A DNA stretch of 64,000 nucleotides from the human T2T-CHM13v2.0 reference genome, Homo sapiens. Of the stretch, positions 57,151-64,000 are shown in pieces. The stretch lies in assembly GCF_009914755.1 (NCBI RefSeq), contig NC_060929.1, one strand, 5' to 3'. Position 1 is the first letter of the stretch; the number at the start of each line of letters is the position of its first letter. The translations under genes and the position numbers were made by a program. The notes beneath the pieces were generated by a model. That model saw nothing but the letters and a program-made list of their open reading frames with translations. It made no database searches and was not told where the DNA came from.

Positions 57151-57854
57151 CGGTTTGCAATAATGGGTAGATTCTTCCAGTCTAGATATCAATACGATGG
57201 TGCCTGGAGGAGCTCCTTAACTCAGGACTTTATGGATCTATTAAAAAGACCAGTGGGGACTGTATACTTTATACGATATAGTAAACTGGAACCTCAGTTA
57301 TGATGACTTGTAATTCTGCACAACAGAGTTGTGGTATCAGTTACCAGACCTGAATGAAAGGCTGGTTGGGGCTGTATTTTCTTCTTCCTCTTGCTTTGTT
57401 TCACTCTCGCTGAAGTGTGTGTTCTTTCCACACCATTCCGGCTCCACCATGTCTGAGTTGGAATTTTCTTTCTGGTTTCAGAGCACCTTTCCCTGATATT
57501 CTGTTTGCTTTTGGTCCAGTTTACTTCACCTGCAGCCTTTGGCAATTGTTGGCCAGGAGGCACCTCTGCACGTGCCTTCTGCTAAGTTCCTTTACAAGCC
57601 CAGGAACGGCGAACCATCCCTTTCTTCCCTCGGTGTCCCCAGTCCGTGCCCTCCATTAAGGATTGTTCTGCTTGGGCAACACTGAGATAATGGGAAGGTT
57701 TTATTCTGCTTCTTTTGCCTTGAAAAGTGATGTTCTGCTGATTCACACTCTGGGCAGAATTTGGGGGCACTAAGACAGTCCCTGGCTAACTCTCTGGTGA
57801 ACAGCCTCCCTGGCTGGCACAGTTCAGGAAGGCCCTGGCTGAGCAATTTTACTC

Positions 57855-58010
57855 AGTGTGGTGGGAGAGAAGTGAGGGCTTTGGTGCCTTCAGACTTGGC
57901 TCTGAATCCTGGACTTGCCTCCTACTGCTGTGTGATCTCAAGCAGGCTAAGTAACCTCTCTGAGCCTTGGTTTCCTCATCTACAAATAGTACTTACCTTG
58001 GCAAAGTTTT
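57855..58010 (+). mobile_element. MIR
   Basis: GAATCCTGGAC..CTGTGTGATCTCAAGCAGG..AACCTCTCTGAGCCTTGGTTTCCTCATCT. Confidence 0.75.
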
Positions 58011-58739
58011 AGTAATTGATTGCAAATTACTGCTTCTCTGGAACAAAGGAAAGGGGAGAAGATAAAGATAGGGGTGGAGGGGAGAAAGGGAGGGGAGAAA
58101 GGGAGGTGAGGTGGGGAAGATAGATATGTATGCATTTATTTTCAATAAGAATGAAAAACCACATCTCCCCGTTATTCTTTTGACTCTCAGGAAACTTACA
58201 GATAAATCTGATATCCAATTTGAACAGTAAAGTAGCCAAAGTCTTCTGACCTGTAATTTTAAATGTTTATTTCTCCTGGATCTTTTGTTCCTACTTTCAC
58301 CTATTCCTGGATGCTCATTTTTAAATCATTTTTTTATGGTTCTTTATTTTGTGTGGCTTTTTTATGTGAGTTTTGAGCTTTGCCTGAGGCTTGACAAATG
58401 TCTGGAATCTTTTCCAGGATGAGATGTAGTATATATAAATACATACATTTAGAGGTGTTGCTGTAGACATTTTTGTGGCACTATATGATAATCTAATCTG
58501 TAAAGCAAGCTCACACCCGGTCTTTCTTAATCCCCGCAATGAACTCCAGGGATGAGATGAGGCAACTCAGCCTCTGTGAGTCGCTTTCCTCAGATCACTA
58601 AACTCTCCCAAGGGTCAGAATTTGACGTGCAACCCAGGTCTTTTGAATCCCAACCCAAAGCCTTTTCTTCTGCTACCGAACTGACTCTCTGCGGTCATAA
58701 CCCACTCACGTTTGCTACTGGGCCTCATAAATAACCCTG

Positions 58740-58970
58740 ATAACAATAGCACACATGTATCATGCACCTGCTATGCGGTGGACATTTTACATGCATTATT
58801 GTATTTAGTGCTCCCCACAAGCCAGTGGCATAGCTACTGTATTATCCTCCTTTATAAACCATGGGCCATCCAAAAGGAGGCTCCCCAAGGTCACACACCC
58901 AGAAGGGGAGGACAGGGGACTTGAACCCAGGTTAGCTCAATTCCAGAGGCCTTGCTGTTACCCACTACCC
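58740..58970 (-). mobile_element. MIR
   Basis: CCCAAGGTCACAC..GGACTTGAACCCAGG antisense MIR motifs. Confidence 0.6.
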
Positions 58971-60133
58971 TCCAAGGGCATCAGTTCTGTCACTGAGTGA
59001 CACTTCCTGGGGGTAGTGTTCAAAGAACGCTGGGCCTGTGTGATGTCACTGCGTGGCTGTGATAGAAGCAGACAGCAGCAGCAGGCTGTCCCCGCTTCCC
59101 TGACCTCTACCCAGTGGGCAGCGGGATCACCTTTGCCACTAACCTGCCGCGGCTCATTAAAGCCTTAGGCCTCCGTGATCTCCTTTGGATCTGTGCAAAA
59201 GGGTCACAATCTCAAGCTTTGTTGAAGTTTTCCTTTGCCGCCTGTTTTAAGACCTTGACATATATGATAATAATAAAACACTCATACGAGGTACTGGCCC
59301 TTAGAAGCATCCTGGGACTGGTTTTGGAAGTCTAATTGTTACCTTGAAGTCTATTCTTTTTATCTTTTGGATTTATTCAGCTTTTAGAGTCTTCTACCTT
59401 AAGATATGCTTTTAGGTTACGATAAACAAGGCTAAATATTTCTGGAAATATTCAAAGAAGGACGCGTTTCTTTTTCATCTTGATATGTGTGCCACTTCTT
59501 TTAATGTTAATAGGATTATTTTGTTTTCTTCGTTGGCTGTCTACCCTCTCAACCGAAGCTCTGGATCTGCCTTCTTTCTGGCTGTATCCACAGTTCCTAG
59601 CAGCACGCGTGGTCCCGTCTCTACCCATTCCCAGATGTCTCATCTTAGGCTGCTCCACAAGTTTTTGAAGTCTTGGTTTTGTTTAGTTCTTTTTGTTTGT
59701 TTGTTTGTTTGTTTTTTCAATCATGAAATGAGGATAACAATGACTCTTTCTACCTCTCAGGTTGTTATGAGGCTAAAGTGAGATATTGTATGTTAAAGTG
59801 CTTTGGAACCACGCATTGCCATAAAAAGGTAAGATCGTCACATGGTCCCTGGTGCAAACTTCTGATAAAGAGCATGTGCTTAAGGAACATGCCAACATTA
59901 GTTACGAAGGCACCTGGGCCTGCAGCCTAATTACCTGGAAGAAAAGCAGAAAATTCTATAACTCTATCGTGTTGACTACCCATCATGAATCACAGGCATT
60001 GATTGTGGAACCGAGGTTTTGATGACCAGCATTTTAATCCAGATCATCATGATCAAGTCTGCAGAGACAATGGGCAGAACACAGTGTTTTAGTGCAGTTT
60101 CCTTTATGGTGGCAGTTTTCAATCTTCTCAGAG

Positions 60134-60883
<750 letters not shown>

Positions 60884-63800
60884 TCAGAGAAGGCTGAGAC
60901 TTGGGGACTGAAAGAGCAGAGCGGTCCATTTGGGACCCAATCAGGATGGAAATGACAAAAAAGGGAAATGGGACAGAGAGGAGAAGAGAGATGGAAAAAG
61001 CTAGCAGGGGAAGAAACCAGGTCCCCAGCCCCCTTGGTGATGTGACTGAGATATGGCTAGACCATGTGTGTGCTCTCAGGTCACTTGGTCAGTCTGGATG
61101 TTGGACTCAATGCCTCTTTATTCTATTGCTCACTTCCATGATTGAGCAATAGGTGTTTTACTGATGCTCTCTCTGAGGAGACAGAGGGGGGTCTGCCATG
61201 TAAACATGTAGCATTTCGTGCCCCTGCCATCGCTGCCTAGACTTTTCTCTGCCCTGCCCCTACCCCATCCCTCCTCTGCCTGGATGGCACTCTCATTATC
61301 TGGCTCCCAGCCTCTGAGAACCAGCGGGCACATTCTCACTCTCTTGTTCTCACGCCCTCCCCCCAGGCTTTTGGTTTCTCTTTTCCCTCCTGTGCCATTT
61401 AGCGTTGTCCTCCCAAAAGCAATCCTATGTTCCCTACCTTCATTGCTTAACTCTGCCTTGAGGTTTACCAGCAATTTGTCTCCCTGGGGAGTGGGCTATA
61501 AACGACGCATGAGGTTTCCCAGCCCCAGCGGACACTGAGGGGTGAGGTGGTGTTTGTGGGCACCTCTGGTGGCAGTTGGGCAGCATTGGCAAGGGCTGCT
61601 GAAGACAAAGAGTGTGGCTGAGAGAAATGGAGACGGCCCCATGCTGGAGGAGAGGAGAGACCAAAGCAAACAGAATAATTTCCCTGGCACCCGCCAAGAC
61701 CCAGGGCACAGGGTTGAATTCTGAAAAAACTAGAAAGGTGACCCTAGATGCAACTGTGATTGTGCCAGGCCAGGACAAAAACAAAAGTGCCATGGCTCCA
61801 GGGGGTGCGTGCACACCGAGGCTGTCCCGTCACTCTCAGGCCTTTATGGAGTCTGCAGTCTACATGTGCTCTGTGTGTTGTGCAATGCTGCAACATCAAT
61901 TAAGCTTCTTCATGTAGCTTTACTAAGAGCGATGGACCCAGGAGGGCTGAAAAAGTGGAGGGAGGTGTACAGATCGCCACTGTTCCCTGCAGTAGGTAAA
62001 TTCACCGGGCAACTTTTTGATGAGGAAGGACGCATTCCCAAGGGAACGGGGAGAACAACAGAGCAAGTTGGCTGAGCAACGGCCACCTGTGGCACCAAGG
62101 ACAGAATGTCACTGATGACTTCCCGACAAGTGCCCTTTCCTGGGAATAATCTATTGTGAGAGAATGAAAGCTTATTCTGCCACCAACTCCTTTAAGCAGA
62201 AATGAAGTCTTAGTGAGTAAAATAACACTGATGAGCAAGGCACTGCAGAGAAGCCTCAAGGGTCGGATTTCACATCCCCTTCGGACTTTCTCTTCAGGCA
62301 GTTAAGCATTCACAAGAAAATCCCTTCTCTTTATGTGGCTTCTTCAGCCGCATCATTCATGAAACAATTTTCAAGAGAGGAAACACAATAAACCACCACA
62401 CTTGCATTTCTCTTATCTGAGATGCCTCTTGAAATTTCTAACTAATCTTGAACATGGTTAATTTCTCCCCACCTTCACGCCTCAACCATTAATTTTTTTT
62501 TTAAAGGGAGAGGAAAAAAAAAAAACAGAGGTCCCTTGTGTTACTCAGCAAGAGTATGTGATTTGTAAGTTTCTAAAAATCCTTCCAGCCTTGCTTATTT
62601 TGACAAAACTACTTAACACTTCAAGCAATGAACTACAGGGCATAAAAGTATAATCTGCAGAGAAAACCTTAATCCTCTATAGTAACCTATTTGAATCTCC
62701 TCAAACACATTTCCGTGTGTAGGCCCGGAGAATTAAGTCAATTGTTTGATCTGAGAAGAAAGGCAATTAGGGCTCTCTCTTGATCTTTCTGGTTGAATTC
62801 TAGTCAGGGGCAGCCACTGTTCTCCACAGCCCCATTTGAGACCCCTATTATTATAATAATAGAGGTGAGCATTAAAATCGCTACAGTTGAGAGTCTCCCT
62901 GCATTTTCATTATAAGTTGTTTTATCCGGGAGTTTCAAATCATGATGGGCTAATATTCAGCATACAAATGATTAGCTAGCGCAGGTCTGGTTTTCTTTTT
63001 TTTTTTTATAACTTCATTTAAAATTTCTTCTTTTACCTGACAAATATTTCAGCTGAAGTGAAAGAAAACTTGCAGAAGCAGCTACTGGGTGATGGGACAG
63101 CAGTGCCCATTCACTGCTGAGTTCCTGGCAGAGATGAGGCAGGGGCCTCTTCAAAGGGATGTCTCTGGGGCCACTGACGGTGCAAGAGAGGGACTAAGAA
63201 TCTAGCTGGGGCAGTCTTGAGGAAAAACTGGGAGTTCTGCCCTCATTTGCTTACTCAGAGCAGCTCCCAAATATCCACATAGGAACAGCACAGTGACAAC
63301 AATCTAGCTGGAAATGAAAACTGGAGATGTGTTTATATAGTTCCATTATATAAGATTGAATAGAGATCATTTGTCCATAGCAAAGAATATTAGAGAGGGA
63401 GTTGTTCCTGGAGATTATGGGAGTCGGTGACTGAAGCCTATCCCAAGCCACCCGATAGTGCTGTCGCTGATGACTAAGCCTTTCCTCGGGTTTCTGGAGT
63501 TCTATCTTATCATCTAAAATAATGCTATGGGAGCTGTTATTCAGCTGCTTTGTCCATTTTATATGAGCTCCCTGACTCGGAGAAGTCAGGGAAAAGCCAG
63601 AAGACAAGAGAAGATAAGCTCCCCTGCTTCCTGCCAGATTCCACTGGGCTGGTGGGGTCTGTTTAGCTCACAGCCAAATCCAAGTGCAGAAATCCAGAGA
63701 GGGTGAACCTGCTCCTGTCTCCAGGGAGTCATTCTCTGCCTTAGCCCGAGTCCCTGCAGGAGGGTTGCATCCAGGTAGCGGGAGTTCTACTGTAGGTCAA

Positions 63801-64000
63801 TTGAGGCTTGAGGAAGAATGGCAAGGAATGCCTGGCTATTTTTACTCAGCAAACAGTAATGCAGGGCTCATGAAGAGCCAGGCACTGTGCTAGGAGCCCA
63901 TGATTCCAAGGTGGGTCAGTGATGATCTTGTCTGCCAGTAGCTTGTGGCATAGTTGGGGAAGATGGGTAAGTCAAGAGACGGCGACAACTCAGTGTGAAA

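Noticed and set aside
61555-61575. CTCF-like CCACCAGAGGTGC on the minus strand
   Set aside because: Mismatch in the high-information GGC core; not supportable from sequence alone

Overview
Primate (human-like) genomic DNA, not prokaryotic. The only convincing coding sequence is the terminal exon of a type II classical cadherin whose translation matches CDH6 (K-cadherin): exon starts at 2407, stop at 2895-2897. A roughly 5.8 kb 3' UTR follows, probably ending near the AATAAA at 8712. The remaining ~55 kb is intergenic and repeat-rich: Alu, L1, L2, MIR, MaLR/ERV solo LTRs (THE1, MLT1, MER41, LTR16, LTR33-like), hAT elements (MER1B, MER58) and microsatellites. I see no evidence of a new multi-gene system. 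The other listed ORFs look like repeat-derived or chance ORFs. The most unusual local structures lie at 41-46 kb: a MER41 LTR with one intact GAS motif, a perfect 16-bp inverted repeat, a ~440-bp (GGTT)n tract and a 130-bp direct duplication. There is also a probable ancient RTE-X/L4-like LINE fossil near 56-57 kb. Repeat subfamily names come from recalled consensus sequences and boundaries are approximate unless TSDs are quoted.
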